This document shows, piece after piece, positions 17,978-28,278 of a stretch of DNA of 64,000 bases. The notes under the pieces are model-generated. The model was not told the DNA's origin, did not search any database, and saw nothing but the letters and a program-made list of their open reading frames with translations. The translations under genes were made by a program, and so were the position numbers. Source of the stretch: an uncultured Nitrososphaerota archaeon (lineage in GTDB: Archaea; Thermoproteota; Nitrososphaeria; Conexivisphaerales; DTJL01); the NCBI GenBank assembly GCA_963842885.1, contig CAWJIE010000005.1, forward strand, positions 32,001 to 96,000. The letters run 5' to 3'. Each line of letters opens with the position of its first letter. The first letter of the stretch is position 1.

Positions 17978-18538
17978 CTAGTCTTCCCAGAGCTTCAGGC
18001 GGTCGAGCTTCTCCTTCGTCCTGGCCTTCTGGAGGATTTCGTAGACGGTCCTGTGCTCGCTCCCGGCTGCCAGCATGGAGATGGCGTCACTGGCGAGCCT
18101 CGCGTGCACTTCATCGCAGATTATGGCGACATAGTGACCGTAGACGGAAATGGAGGCGCCCGTTAGCTCCTCGATGACCCTCCTCGCCTTGCCGCGCTCA
18201 CCGATGATCCTGCCCTTTATCCTCTCCATGGAGGACTTCGACCCCCCCGTCGTCTCCCTGAGATCTATCACCGTGAAAGTCTCCCCCTCCTTGATGAGCC
18301 TCCTCGCCCTCTCAGGCGAGAAGCCCTTCCCGATGGCGTCGATGACTTCGATGGCCTTGAAGGGGTTCACTTCTTCGAGGTCGGCGGCCTCGGCCCTGAC
18401 CATGACCTCACCCGTCTCGCTCTCGACGGTGAGTTTGACCTTCAGGAGCTCCTCCAGCTCCTTCTTCTCCTCGCCGCTCCGTCCGATGATTACGCCCACC
18501 CTTTCCTTGGGGACCCTGACCATCTGCTCGAAGCTCAT
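17978..18538 (-). CDS. KH-domain rRNA-processing protein Dim2/Pno1
   Basis: Two KH GxxG loops (IIGRSG, IIGERG). Confidence 0.92.
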   Translation of the reverse strand: MSFEQMVRVPKERVGVIIGRSGEEKKELEELLKVKLTVESETGEVMVRAEAADLEEVNPFKAIEVIDAIGKGFSPERARRLIKEGETFTVIDLRETTGGSKSSMERIKGRIIGERGKARRVIEELTGASISVYGHYVAIICDEVHARLASDAISMLAAGSEHRTVYEILQKARTKEKLDRLKLWED

Positions 18539-19314
18539 TCGCCTGACACCATCTCGAGTATCTCCTTTGCGGGCTTAATCACTATTCCCCTCTTTGCGAA
18601 GAAAGCGTTGACGTTGTCGACGTCCCGTCTGAGGAACTCGGCGGACATCGGGTGCCTTATGTCGACGGCGGACCCGAAGTCGAAGAGGGTCAACCTCCCG
18701 TGCAGCTTGAAGACATTGTAGGCGGAGAGGTCTGCGTGGACGAGGGAGGCCTCCCTGTAGAGGAGCTCCACCAGCCTCAGCACGCCGGCGTAGTCACGAG
18801 CGGTCACGGTGGTCTCCTCCAGGGTCGGGGCGGGGACCCCCCCTTCGCCTATGAACTCCATCACCAGGACGTTCTTGCTCAAAGAATACGGCTCGGGGAC
18901 CCTGACGCCCGCGTCGAAGGCCCGCCTCAGGTTGGAGTACTCCTTCCTGGCCCACTCGAAGATGAGGCCGTGGCCGTACTTCCTCACCCTGCTGAAGCGC
19001 GGGTCGCCGGTCATGTAGATGAGCCTCTTCTTGAAGTCCGACGTAGTCGTGTAGAAGAGCTTGACGGCGACGTCCTTCCCCTTCCTGACGCCCCAGTACA
19101 CCCTCCCCTCCTTCCCGGCCTGCACCACCCCGTTGAGATAGTCGAGGTCGCCTCTCTTCATCATGTCATAGAGGGCGAAGAGGGTGTCCCTGTCGAAGAC
19201 GGCCTGCCGAGAGTCCCTGTTTTCAGATCGGTTCCTGAGGTACCTGTTCTGCTTGTCTGACCTGAAGAGTTCCCGTACTATCTGGTCTTCCTGTTTAGAA
19301 GTCCCTTCGCTCAA
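18535..19314 (-). CDS. rio1: RIO1-family serine kinase
   Basis: GKE.RVY, AVK, VHADLS.YN, FDFGSAV. Confidence 0.92.
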   Translation of the reverse strand: MSEGTSKQEDQIVRELFRSDKQNRYLRNRSENRDSRQAVFDRDTLFALYDMMKRGDLDYLNGVVQAGKEGRVYWGVRKGKDVAVKLFYTTTSDFKKRLIYMTGDPRFSRVRKYGHGLIFEWARKEYSNLRRAFDAGVRVPEPYSLSKNVLVMEFIGEGGVPAPTLEETTVTARDYAGVLRLVELLYREASLVHADLSAYNVFKLHGRLTLFDFGSAVDIRHPMSAEFLRRDVDNVNAFFAKRGIVIKPAKEILEMVSGE

Positions 19315-19316
19315 GC

Positions 19317-19628
19317 TCAAAGCTCCGGCGCGATTTGGCCCTTCTCTTTGAGCTGGTCCACCTGTCCCACAGTGTAACGCCAGAGTATGTCGCATCTCTC
19401 CGCGGACTTGAAGTCCCAGGGGGCGACGAGGACGATGTCCCCTTCACGGATCCATATCTTCCGCTTCAGCTTCCCCCTGATTCGACCCATCCTAGTCAGG
19501 CCGTCACTGCAGTGGACCATGATGTGGTCGCTGCCGAGGAGCTTGATGACCCTGGCGAACATCTCTCCTTCGGACGGCGACATGAACTCCTTGAGGGCCT
19601 TCTCGCTCAGTACCTTCCTCTTTCCCAA
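19317..19628 (-). CDS. eif1a: Translation initiation factor aIF-1A
   Basis: RIRGKLKRKIWIREGDIVLVAPWDF. Confidence 0.95.
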   Translation of the reverse strand: MGKRKVLSEKALKEFMSPSEGEMFARVIKLLGSDHIMVHCSDGLTRMGRIRGKLKRKIWIREGDIVLVAPWDFKSAERCDILWRYTVGQVDQLKEKGQIAPEL

Positions 19629-19750
19629 AGCTGACCGTTGAGAATCAAATTCGCACAAGTAATAAACTTATTGTAAAGCGCGAATGGCTGTCGTCTGCCA
19701 ATGGAGTTCAGGCTGGAGACCAGTATCTAGACTCGCAGGCGCTCTCAGAC

Positions 19751-20062
19751 CTAGAACTTGTAGATCATCAGAATGGAGACCTCCTCGATCTTCCTCACCG
19801 CCCTGGGGTGACCCAGCTTCTCATTCAGCGCCTTAGCCACTATCCTGTTCCCTACGAGGTTCACGATGTCGGTCTCCTTGATCTGCTTCAATGCCGTCTC
19901 TTCGTCCACCCTGACCCCGGAGAAGTAGTCCGGCGTGATGTCGACCTTGAGCTTCCCCTCCCTGAGGGTCCTGCCCAACAGTTCCTCGTCACATATGTTG
20001 ACCGTCCTGGCGGTCTGGTACCTGAGTTCCCTGCTGATGAAGCCCCTCTTCCTGGCCGGCAC
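19751..20062 (-). CDS. DUF424 family protein
   Basis: CDEELLG...NLVG motifs in conserved context. Confidence 0.88.
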   Translation of the reverse strand: MPARKRGFISRELRYQTARTVNICDEELLGRTLREGKLKVDITPDYFSGVRVDEETALKQIKETDIVNLVGNRIVAKALNEKLGHPRAVRKIEEVSILMIYKF

Positions 20063-20066
20063 TTCC

Positions 20067-20483
20067 CTATCCCTTCGCAGGTGACTTCGCGCCGCACGCT
20101 TCGCAGACCAGAAGAGAGACCTTCTTTAGCTTCTCGATGTGCGTGTCCGGGCTGGCGCAGACCGGGCAGATGACGTTCTCCTTTACATAACGCTCCAGGA
20201 GGACCGCGAAGGAGTCCTTCCCCCTGCGACCGATGAAGATGGCCCTTCCCTCGGCGTCGAGCGAGGCGGCCGTGGCCAGCTCCTTGGCCAGGTACATCAG
20301 TATCTTCGACGGCTCACGGCGGATGGCCGAAGACACCTCCTTGAAGTTCCGGAAGATGGTGCGGCTCCCCACGAAGACGACCACAGGCTGGGGCAGGACA
20401 AAACGGCTCTCACGCTTGGCGCCCTCCGTGGGCAGGTCGGCCTTTATCCTGTCGAGGAGCTCCCCGTAGCTCCGTGTGGACAA
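20067..20483 (-). CDS. eif2b: Translation initiation factor aIF-2 beta
   Basis: RNF.EV...RR, KELATA, CPVC..PDT...CEACGA. Confidence 0.93.
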   Translation of the reverse strand: MSTRSYGELLDRIKADLPTEGAKRESRFVLPQPVVVFVGSRTIFRNFKEVSSAIRREPSKILMYLAKELATAASLDAEGRAIFIGRRGKDSFAVLLERYVKENVICPVCASPDTHIEKLKKVSLLVCEACGAKSPAKG

Positions 20484-20617
20484 CGCAACACCCGACTTGT
20501 TCCATGCCCAATCCGTATCCCCTTAAAGCTTTCCTTTCAAGCCGGGCCCCGCCATGAAGCAGTCTCAGGCTCAGACATCTTTATTACTGACTGTCGGCCC
20601 TTCGTCCTCCACATCGG

Positions 20618-20959
20618 GTGGTCTTGGTGAGCGCCGACAAGGTGAGCTACGAGGAATTCTCGAAGCTGGACATCAGGGTCGGCAGGATCGTGGAGGCGAA
20701 GAAGGTCGAGGGTTCGAGGAAGTTGGTCGAGCTGAAGATAGACATCGGAGGGACGGTCAAGAGGGCCGTCGCCGGCATCGCGTCGTACTATGACTTGGAG
20801 AAACTGCCGGGCGCCCAGGTGGCCGTCGTGACCAACCTGCAGCCCAGGGTGCTCATGGGACTGGTGAGCGAAGTCATGATCCTCGCCGCCTTCGCCAACG
20901 ACAAGCTCTCGGTCTTGAGACCTGATACAGAAATGGAGAACGGCGCCAAGGTATCCTAG
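20618..20959 (+). CDS. tRNA-binding OB-fold protein (MetRS C-terminal/Trbp111-like)
   Basis: FSKLDIRVGRI, NLQPR...G..SE.MIL. Confidence 0.9.
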   Translation: MVLVSADKVSYEEFSKLDIRVGRIVEAKKVEGSRKLVELKIDIGGTVKRAVAGIASYYDLEKLPGAQVAVVTNLQPRVLMGLVSEVMILAAFANDKLSVLRPDTEMENGAKVS

Positions 20960-21930
20960 TCTAGCGTGGGGATGCCCAGGTCTATGGCGAGACCTTGTTC
21001 TGGCTCGTCATCGAGCGACCTTCCGCCCAGCACCTGGGCGACCGGGTCGTAAATCCGCAGCTGCGTCTCCTGCTTCATGACCATCACCATGGCGATGACG
21101 GAGCCTCCCCTGTCCGAGACCTTGCTCCCGTAATGGAGCCTCATCTCGTTGCCCAACAGGTTCTTCAGGCCTTCGGCGGAGAACTTCGCCTGCTCGAAGG
21201 TTATGGGCCGGTTCCCGCTGGTGTATATCATCACTTCATCGACTCCGTTCTGTCCCATCGCATACGCCCTCCTGACCAAGGCAGCCAGGCCCTCGTCGAA
21301 GCCACCGGCGAGATCTCTGATCTCAAGCGAGGCCTTCCCCTTCTCCATCATCTTGATGAGCTTCCTTATCTCGACGGCCGGGGCCCCCCCGTTTTCGTTC
21401 ACGAAGAGCGCCTCCAGGGCGTCCGCCACCCTGCTGTCGATCGTCTCGTAGAGCCTGTTAAGCGGCAGCTCCTCGAGCGTCTCCTCGACGAACTGCTCCC
21501 TGTCGATCACAAGAAGACCACCGCAGTGGTTCTTCATCTTCGCGAGGCCGACGCCGGCCCTGTACTCCATCCACTTCTGGTACCTGAAGGGCAGCAACGT
21601 CACGCCGAAGGTCTTGGCCCCTGCGCCGGTCACAGCCTTTGCGAGCCTCGGGGCGAGGTTGCTTCCAGAAGAGCCTCCTAGGCCAGCGACCACGAAAGCC
21701 ACGTTCCTTCCCGCGATCGCGCGGCTCACGACGCTCTCGATCTCCTCGTCGTCCCAGCCGTTCATGTTCACGCCGTCAGTTCCAGCAAGGTCCTCTTCGT
21801 CTAGGCTGGCGAAAAGATACGCCGCCTGAATTCCGCGTCCCTGAAGGAGGTTTACGATCCTGCAACCTGACGTGCCAACGCCCACGAAAAGTATACGCCC
21901 GCCGCTAGCCTCCAAACTATTCCCTCGCAA
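20956..21930 (-). CDS. Divergent FtsZ/tubulin-superfamily protein
   Basis: GVGTSG.RI and AGLGGSSGS (degenerate GGGTGSG), LPF.. Confidence 0.75.
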   Translation of the reverse strand: MRGNSLEASGGRILFVGVGTSGCRIVNLLQGRGIQAAYLFASLDEEDLAGTDGVNMNGWDDEEIESVVSRAIAGRNVAFVVAGLGGSSGSNLAPRLAKAVTGAGAKTFGVTLLPFRYQKWMEYRAGVGLAKMKNHCGGLLVIDREQFVEETLEELPLNRLYETIDSRVADALEALFVNENGGAPAVEIRKLIKMMEKGKASLEIRDLAGGFDEGLAALVRRAYAMGQNGVDEVMIYTSGNRPITFEQAKFSAEGLKNLLGNEMRLHYGSKVSDRGGSVIAMVMVMKQETQLRIYDPVAQVLGGRSLDDEPEQGLAIDLGIPTLD

Positions 21931-21996
21931 GTGCTACCCATAACGGATGCCGATATAAGATACAATCATCACATTGCATTTACATATGATTAACTA

Positions 21997-22030
21997 TTGT
22001 TGACTAATCCAAGCCTGAAAAGGTCAACAA
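21997..22030. promoter_or_regulatory. Inverted repeat TTGTTGAC-N18-GTCAACAA in AT-rich divergent promoter
   Basis: Seen directly upstream of gapN. Confidence 0.4.
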
Positions 22031-22108
22031 ACGTTCCTTTTGTACATATTGAAGTCGCACTAGTCTTAAATTCATCACCGCTTCGTCTAATTCTTGGTTG
22101 AGTGATTC

Positions 22109-23638
22109 ATGCAGAAGAGCGGGCGAAGTCTGAAGCTGGACGAGTTCTTCGACGGGGTCTACAAGGAGTACGAGGACCAGCAGGTGTTTCAGTTGTTCAT
22201 CGGCGGCGAGTGGAGGGAGAGCGGCGACGGCAAGCTGTTCAGCCTCGTCAGCCCCGTGGACGGGGGCATGTTCGCCAAGGCCTCCGCGGCGACGCAGCTG
22301 GACGTTTCGGACGCCGTCGCCTCGGCCTTCGAGAGGCAGCACCTCATCCGGGACCTTGCAGGTATCGAAAGGGCGGGGATAATCGAGGAGGCCCGCCACA
22401 TCCTCCTGGACCATGAGGAGGACTTCGTCAACGCCCTGATGCTTGAGGGAGGGAAGACGAGGGCCGATGCCCAGGGGGAGCACCGGGGGATAGCCAACAG
22501 GATGGCGCTGGTGCTGGACGAGGCCAGGAGGATCTACGGCGAATACATACCCGGCGACTGGTCGAGGGACACGCTGGCGAAGATAGCCCTGGTCATCAGG
22601 GAGCCCGTCGGGGTCGTCGCAGCGATTTCACCCTTCAACTACCCCCTCTTCATCCCCGCGACCAAGATCATCCCGGCCCTGCTCGCGGGCAACTCGGTCG
22701 TGGCCAAGCCCGCCAGCGCCACGCCCATCGCGACACTGCTCTTCGCGAGGGTGCTCGAGGCGGCAGGCCTGCCGAAGGGTGTCCTCAACGTGGTCACCGG
22801 CAGCGGAGCGGTAGTGGGCGATTCGCTCGTGAGCGATCCTCGTGTCGCCATGGTGAGCCTCACCGGGAGCACCGATGCCGGCAAGAAGATTGTTGAGAAG
22901 GCGGGCATCAAGAAGCTGCATCTGGAGCTGGGAGGGAAGGCCTACGCAGTCGTCCTCTCGGACGCCGACCTGAAGCTGGCCGCCATGAAGACGGTCGAAG
23001 GAAGCCTGAAGAGCGCCGGGCAGCGTTGCGACGCCGTCAGCGCCATCATCGTCGAGGAGTCCGTTGCCGACTCCTTTGTCGAGAAGGCCCTGGAGGCGTT
23101 CGATTCCTTCAAGTTCGGGAACCCCTTCGACGAGGGAGTCCAGGTGGGCCCTCTTATCTCCAAGGAGGCAGCGATACGGGTCAACCTCCTGGTTTCTGAC
23201 GCCGTGCACAAGGGGGCTAAGCTCCTTAGAGGAGGAGACTTCAAGGACGCCTACCACCAGCCCACCTTCCTCGACGGGGTCCCTCTGGATTCGCGCATCG
23301 CCTGGGAGGAGACCTTCGGACCCGTGGTGACGGTGATAAGGGCGAAAGGCGAGGAGGAGGCCCTGGGCATCACTTCGAAGAGTCGGTACGGGCTCGACGG
23401 ATGCGTCTTCTCCAACGACTTCTACAGGATGTGGAGGGTGGCGAAGAGGATCCAGGCCGGCGAGATAGTCGTGAACGATCTGCCGCGCCATGGCACCGGC
23501 TTCTTCCCCTTCGGCGGAGCCAAGGAATCGGGGACTGGAAGGGAGGGGATCGGGTACAGCATAGACGAGATGACCAACCTGAAAACCATCGTTTTCAACC
23601 TGGAACCCGGGAAGATGGGCAAGAAGACGCTCGGCTAG
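22109..23638 (+). CDS. gapN: Non-phosphorylating glyceraldehyde-3-phosphate dehydrogenase GAPN (ALDH family)
   Basis: PFNYP, ELGGK, GQRCDA, EETFGP; YIPGDWS typical of archaeal GAPN. Confidence 0.85.
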   Translation: MQKSGRSLKLDEFFDGVYKEYEDQQVFQLFIGGEWRESGDGKLFSLVSPVDGGMFAKASAATQLDVSDAVASAFERQHLIRDLAGIERAGIIEEARHILLDHEEDFVNALMLEGGKTRADAQGEHRGIANRMALVLDEARRIYGEYIPGDWSRDTLAKIALVIREPVGVVAAISPFNYPLFIPATKIIPALLAGNSVVAKPASATPIATLLFARVLEAAGLPKGVLNVVTGSGAVVGDSLVSDPRVAMVSLTGSTDAGKKIVEKAGIKKLHLELGGKAYAVVLSDADLKLAAMKTVEGSLKSAGQRCDAVSAIIVEESVADSFVEKALEAFDSFKFGNPFDEGVQVGPLISKEAAIRVNLLVSDAVHKGAKLLRGGDFKDAYHQPTFLDGVPLDSRIAWEETFGPVVTVIRAKGEEEALGITSKSRYGLDGCVFSNDFYRMWRVAKRIQAGEIVVNDLPRHGTGFFPFGGAKESGTGREGIGYSIDEMTNLKTIVFNLEPGKMGKKTLG

Positions 23639-23714
23639 ACCAAAGACCAGCCTCCCGGCCGCCCCTGCCCTCTCCTCTTTCCTTATATGCGCGCCGAATC
23701 CAATAGGACGCGAC

Positions 23715-24905
23715 TTGCGTAGCAGGCGACCTTCGGCTCGAGGGAAAACGGACCCTGGCCTTCCCTCGCCCGGCGGAACCCGGTCGAGCCGCAAGGCGCT
23801 GGTCCTCCTGGACGACGTTGAGCTCGGCCACCGTTTCAGGGTCCTGCTGCAAGAGAAGGAACAGAAGGCCCTTAGGAAGGGCGTGTCAGAGCTGGAGTTG
23901 GCCGTATCCAAGCTTGCAAAGGACGGTTTCGCCAAGCCCGTCCGCAAGGTCGAGACCGAAAGCCTGGGGATTCGTTCTGACGTCCTTCTCGGCGAGCTCC
24001 GGCAGGTCCGAGAGGCGCGCACGATGTCCAGGGCCAAGTACTACCTGCGGCGTCTCAGGGCGGGCCTGGAGGAGCCCAGGATTGGCACCATCAACGACAT
24101 CAACTTGCGTCGCTGGAAGGAGTATGACGATGTCTGGACGGACAGCCTGTGGGTCATGGGGAGGAGGGACAGCTCGGGCGCCCACAAGGGCTGGTACTGG
24201 GGGAATTTCGTTCCTCAGATCCCCCGCCAGATGATGCTGAGATACACGAAGGCGAACGACTGGGTCTTGGATGGTTTCGCAGGCAGCGGAACCACACTTA
24301 TCGAGTGCAGGAGACTGGGGAGGAACGGCTTCGGGATTGAGCTGAACCACAAGGTCGTCCAGGCTGCTCGGCGGCTCGTCTCGGAGGAGGCCAACCCTTC
24401 AGGCGTCACTACCGAGATCTTCGAAGCTGACAGCTCCAAGGTCGACCTGAGACCAATCATGGAAAGGTTGGGGGCGAAGAAGGTGCAGATGCTCATCTTG
24501 CATCCACCCTACCATGACATAATCCGCTTCTCGGATGACCCTGGGGACCTAAGTAACGCAGCTGACGTCGACGCCTTCGTCGGAAGGTTCTCAGCCTGCG
24601 TTGACAACCTGGCCCCGTTTCTCGAGGACGGGCGCTATATGGCGTTGGTCATAGGCGACAAGTACTCACGCGGGGAATGGGTTCCCCTTGGCTTCCTCTG
24701 CATGAAGGAAGTGCTTGACAGGGGCGACTTCGTGCTCAAGAGCATCATCGTCAAGAACTTCGACGAGACTAGGGGAAAGAGGAAGCAGACGTCGCTCTGG
24801 CGGTACCGCGCGCTTGCCGGCGGGTTCTACGTGTTCAAGCACGAGTACGTCTTTCTATTCTTGAAGGTCGGCGCCCGTGAAAGCGACGGCCGCAGAGGGC
24901 ACTAG
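23715..24905 (+). CDS. Orphan amino-methyltransferase (N6A/N4C type); start uncertain
   Basis: DGFAGSGTT (motif I) and HPPY (motif IV). Confidence 0.8.
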   Translation: MRSRRPSARGKTDPGLPSPGGTRSSRKALVLLDDVELGHRFRVLLQEKEQKALRKGVSELELAVSKLAKDGFAKPVRKVETESLGIRSDVLLGELRQVREARTMSRAKYYLRRLRAGLEEPRIGTINDINLRRWKEYDDVWTDSLWVMGRRDSSGAHKGWYWGNFVPQIPRQMMLRYTKANDWVLDGFAGSGTTLIECRRLGRNGFGIELNHKVVQAARRLVSEEANPSGVTTEIFEADSSKVDLRPIMERLGAKKVQMLILHPPYHDIIRFSDDPGDLSNAADVDAFVGRFSACVDNLAPFLEDGRYMALVIGDKYSRGEWVPLGFLCMKEVLDRGDFVLKSIIVKNFDETRGKRKQTSLWRYRALAGGFYVFKHEYVFLFLKVGARESDGRRGH

Positions 24906-25064
24906 CCCATTCCCGCCAAGAGGCCCACCGTCATCCCACGCCTCCCAGTGGTGACTTCGGGTGCATGGATGCGGCGCCCCTCTCCATCCGACAAAATTTA
25001 TATGTCAGGTTGGGAACACCTCATTTTATGTTTTCCCGTCAGTTCCAAGCCAGATTAGTTCAGT

Positions 25065-26320
25065 TTGGGGGAAGATACAGCCTTGGCGTTGGTGGCTGCT
25101 GATATCTCCTGGATGCTGACGGCCACCGGGCTCGTCATGATAATGACGCCGGCCCTCGGCTTCTTCTACGGAGGCCTTGTCCGGCGGAAGAACCTCGTCT
25201 CCACCATCGTCCAGTGCTTCATCATCTTCGCCGTGGTCAGCCTGGTCTGGGCGCTTTGGGGATATTCGTTAGCCTTCAGCCCATCGGTCAACGGTGTGAT
25301 CGGGGACCTTTCTGCCGCGGGCCTCAACGGCGTAGGGGCAGCGGCCAATCCCATCTACGCGGCCACCATACCCGCGCTGCTTTACTTCGCCTTCCAGCTC
25401 AAGTTCGCCGCCATAACACCGGCCCTCATCATCGGTGCATTCGCGGAGAGGATCAGGTTCAAGGCTCTCCTCATATTCATCGTCCTCTGGGCGACCTTCA
25501 TCTACGCGCCCATAGCCCACTGGGTCTGGGGGTACGGCGGCTGGCTGCGAGCGCTGGGCGTGATCGATTTTGCGGGTGGCCTGGTCGTTCATATATCCGC
25601 AGGGATGTCCGCCCTTGCGGCGGCCGTCGTCATCGGCAGGAGGAAGGGCATCGAAAAGACCGCCGAGACGCGGCCGAACAACATCCCCTATGTGATTTTG
25701 GGCGCATCCATCCTTTGGTTCGGCTGGTTTGGCTTCAACGGAGGTAGCTCCTTCGCCGCGGACGCGCTTGCCGTGCAAGCTCTTGGTCAACACAAACATG
25801 GCGGCGTCGGCGGCAGCGGTCAGCTGGATGCTGGTTGACTGGTCAAGAAAGGGGAAGCCGTCTGCGGTGGGCATATCGATCGGGCGCGGTGTGCGGCATG
25901 GTCGCCATAACGCCGGCGGCCGGCTTCGTGGGCGTGGGGCCTGCCATCTTCATAGGTCTCGTCGTCGGCGTCCTCTCCAACTTCGTTTCGAATTGGCGTG
26001 CAAGCAGGACTAGGGTGGACGATGCCTTGGACGTCTTCGCCTGCCACGGCGTCGGGGGCATCTGGGGGGTCCTGGCGACGGGCATATTCGCGTCCACCGC
26101 CATCAACGCCGCAGGTCCCAACGGGGCACTGTACGGAAACCCCCATCTCCTTGCGGTGCAGGCGTTCGCCATCGTCGTGGTCGCCGCCTTCGCCTTCTTC
26201 GGCTCCTACTTCCTTCTGAAGGTCATTGACTTCATCACGCCAGTCAGGGTGAGCCCCGAAGAGGAGGAGACGGGGCTGGACATGAGCCAGCACGGCGAAG
26301 AAGCGTATGACGAAAGGTGA
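25065..26320 (+). CDS. amt: Ammonium transporter, frameshifts at about 25785-25885
   Basis: FFYGG, GAFAER, DFAGGLVVH, WFGWFGFNGG, DDALDVFACHG. Confidence 0.95.
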
Positions 26321-26588
26321 GCCCGGAGAACGCGCAGAAGCACCACCTGAAACCGAAGTGGCCGAGCGCAGCCGCTCCCCGCCACCCTGAGGTCCCCCTG
26401 CCTTTCTTCAGACAGATCGCCAAATGTCGTGGAACGTCTTGCTCAGTTCGGGAGCCGACGACCTCAAGGTCACGGAGCCTCCGAAGAAGAAGGACAAGTA
26501 GTTCCATCATCATTCCGTTCTTCTCCCCCTTCATCGACCGCACTCCATCGAAATGGTAATGGCTTATAGGACACCATGGGCTGAAGCA

Positions 26589-27869
26589 ATGTCGATGGCG
26601 AAGAAGCTCATCCTGACGCTGGTCGTGTTGGTGCTGTGCCTGGGCACCCTCTCCAGGGTATCGGCTGCCTCTACCCCTTCGGTCTTGGTGGCCAAGTTCT
26701 CCGTGGCCGTCGACCCAGGCAGCGATCAGTTCATCCAGGGAGTCGTGGCCCAAGCCCAGAACGATGGCGTGAAGGCCATCGTGATAGAGATGAACACTCC
26801 AGGAGGCCTGCTCGCGAACATGCAGGACATCATCAACGATATCACGGCCGCCAGGGACGCCGGAATCAAGGTCTACACTTACGTCGTGCCGGGCGGATGG
26901 GCTGCGTCCGCAGGCAGTTACATCGCCATGGCCACCGATGGGATCTACATGGGGGACGGCTCTGCCATCGGATCATCCACTCCGATCGTGGTTGGCGGGA
27001 CCGATCTCGAGGAGAACCATACGGAGAGCTTCATGCTCGCCTACATGGTGACCCTGGCGGAGAGCCATGATAGGAACACCACGGCAGCTGCGGCCATGGT
27101 CCTCGACGACCAGGCCTATTCGGCTGCGGATGCCATTCAGATCGGCATCGCCGACGGCAGCGCGAACAGCATATCCGGGGTCCTCGCCCAGGTGGGGCTG
27201 GCCAACGCTCAGGTAATCACTACGTCGCCCAGCGCCTATGACAGCTTCATCAGCGCCCTCAGCGACGCCACCGTGGACGGCTTCTTGTTGCTCCTCGGCG
27301 TCATAGCCATCCTCCTTGACCTGTTCCACGGGTCCATCGTCCTTACCGTCGTCGGTGTCATCTCCATAGCCTTGGGTCTGTTCGGCTCCCAGCTCATAGG
27401 AGCGCCGATCCTAGCCCTGGTGGTCTTCGCGGTGGCCGGGGCCCTGATCATACTCGAAGTGAAGGTTTCCCATGGCTTCGCCTTGCTCGCGGGCGTCGTC
27501 TGCGCCGTCTTCGGCATATGGCTCCTGGCGGGCAACGCGGCCGGGTACTCGCCGTCGCCTTTCGGCCTTCTCCAGTACGCCAGCTGGGCGGTGGTGGCTG
27601 CGCTCTCGTTCATCGGCAGCCTATACCTAATCAAGCTCAGGGAGGCGACCATGAGCCGCCCCAAGGCCGTCAGCCCGCAGAGGGTCATCGGCGGAGTCGG
27701 CTACATGCTCAACGATCTGAACCCACCTGACTTCGGCACCGCCAACATTTCTTCAGAGGATTGGAGCGTGAAGTCCGACACCCCGATCAAGTCTGGCGAG
27801 AGGGTCAGGGCGCTGAAGGTCGAGGGAAGCGTCGTGACCGTAGAGAAGGTCGACGCAGATGGCAGGTAG
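26589..27869 (+). CDS. NfeD long form (membrane ClpP-class serine protease)
   Basis: Signal peptide, NTPGG, AASAGSYI, TM block, C-terminal OB fold. Confidence 0.9.
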   Translation: MSMAKKLILTLVVLVLCLGTLSRVSAASTPSVLVAKFSVAVDPGSDQFIQGVVAQAQNDGVKAIVIEMNTPGGLLANMQDIINDITAARDAGIKVYTYVVPGGWAASAGSYIAMATDGIYMGDGSAIGSSTPIVVGGTDLEENHTESFMLAYMVTLAESHDRNTTAAAAMVLDDQAYSAADAIQIGIADGSANSISGVLAQVGLANAQVITTSPSAYDSFISALSDATVDGFLLLLGVIAILLDLFHGSIVLTVVGVISIALGLFGSQLIGAPILALVVFAVAGALIILEVKVSHGFALLAGVVCAVFGIWLLAGNAAGYSPSPFGLLQYASWAVVAALSFIGSLYLIKLREATMSRPKAVSPQRVIGGVGYMLNDLNPPDFGTANISSEDWSVKSDTPIKSGERVRALKVEGSVVTVEKVDADGR

Positions 27870-28273
27870 TAGAAACGTCGGGCGCTTCGGCGTCATAGGC
27901 CTTACATTCATCACGGGCCTGGCCCTTGTGTGCGTGGTTTCGCTCATCATCGGGTACATGAGGGTGATTGACAACGAGGAGGGGGGCGGCACACTTGATC
28001 ATCGCCGGGCTCCTGCTTCTCCTGGTCGACGTAGCGTTGGTCGTCGGCCTGGCCACAACGAGGGCGGAGAGGGTCAAGAAGACCTACCATCGCCTTCAGG
28101 CTATGGTGGGGGAACAGGGGATTGTGAAGGATGCCATACCCGCTCACGGAAAGGGCGTGGTCCTCGTCAGGAACGAACTGTGGTCAGCCACCAGCTCGTC
28201 GGAGCTGCCCTCCGGGTCACTCGTCAACATCGTTAAAATAGAAGGCCTCCTCCTTTATGTTGAGGGGAAGTAG
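27859..28273 (+). CDS. NfeD short form, frameshift in G-run near 27985
   Basis: TM helices then MVGEQG.V...G.V.V.NELW.A OB domain. Confidence 0.75.
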
Positions 28274-28278
28274 TCGGC

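Noticed and set aside
25012-25037. NrpR operator upstream of amt
   Set aside because: GGGAA...TTCCC spacing is 16 nt, not the GGAA-N6-TTCC consensus
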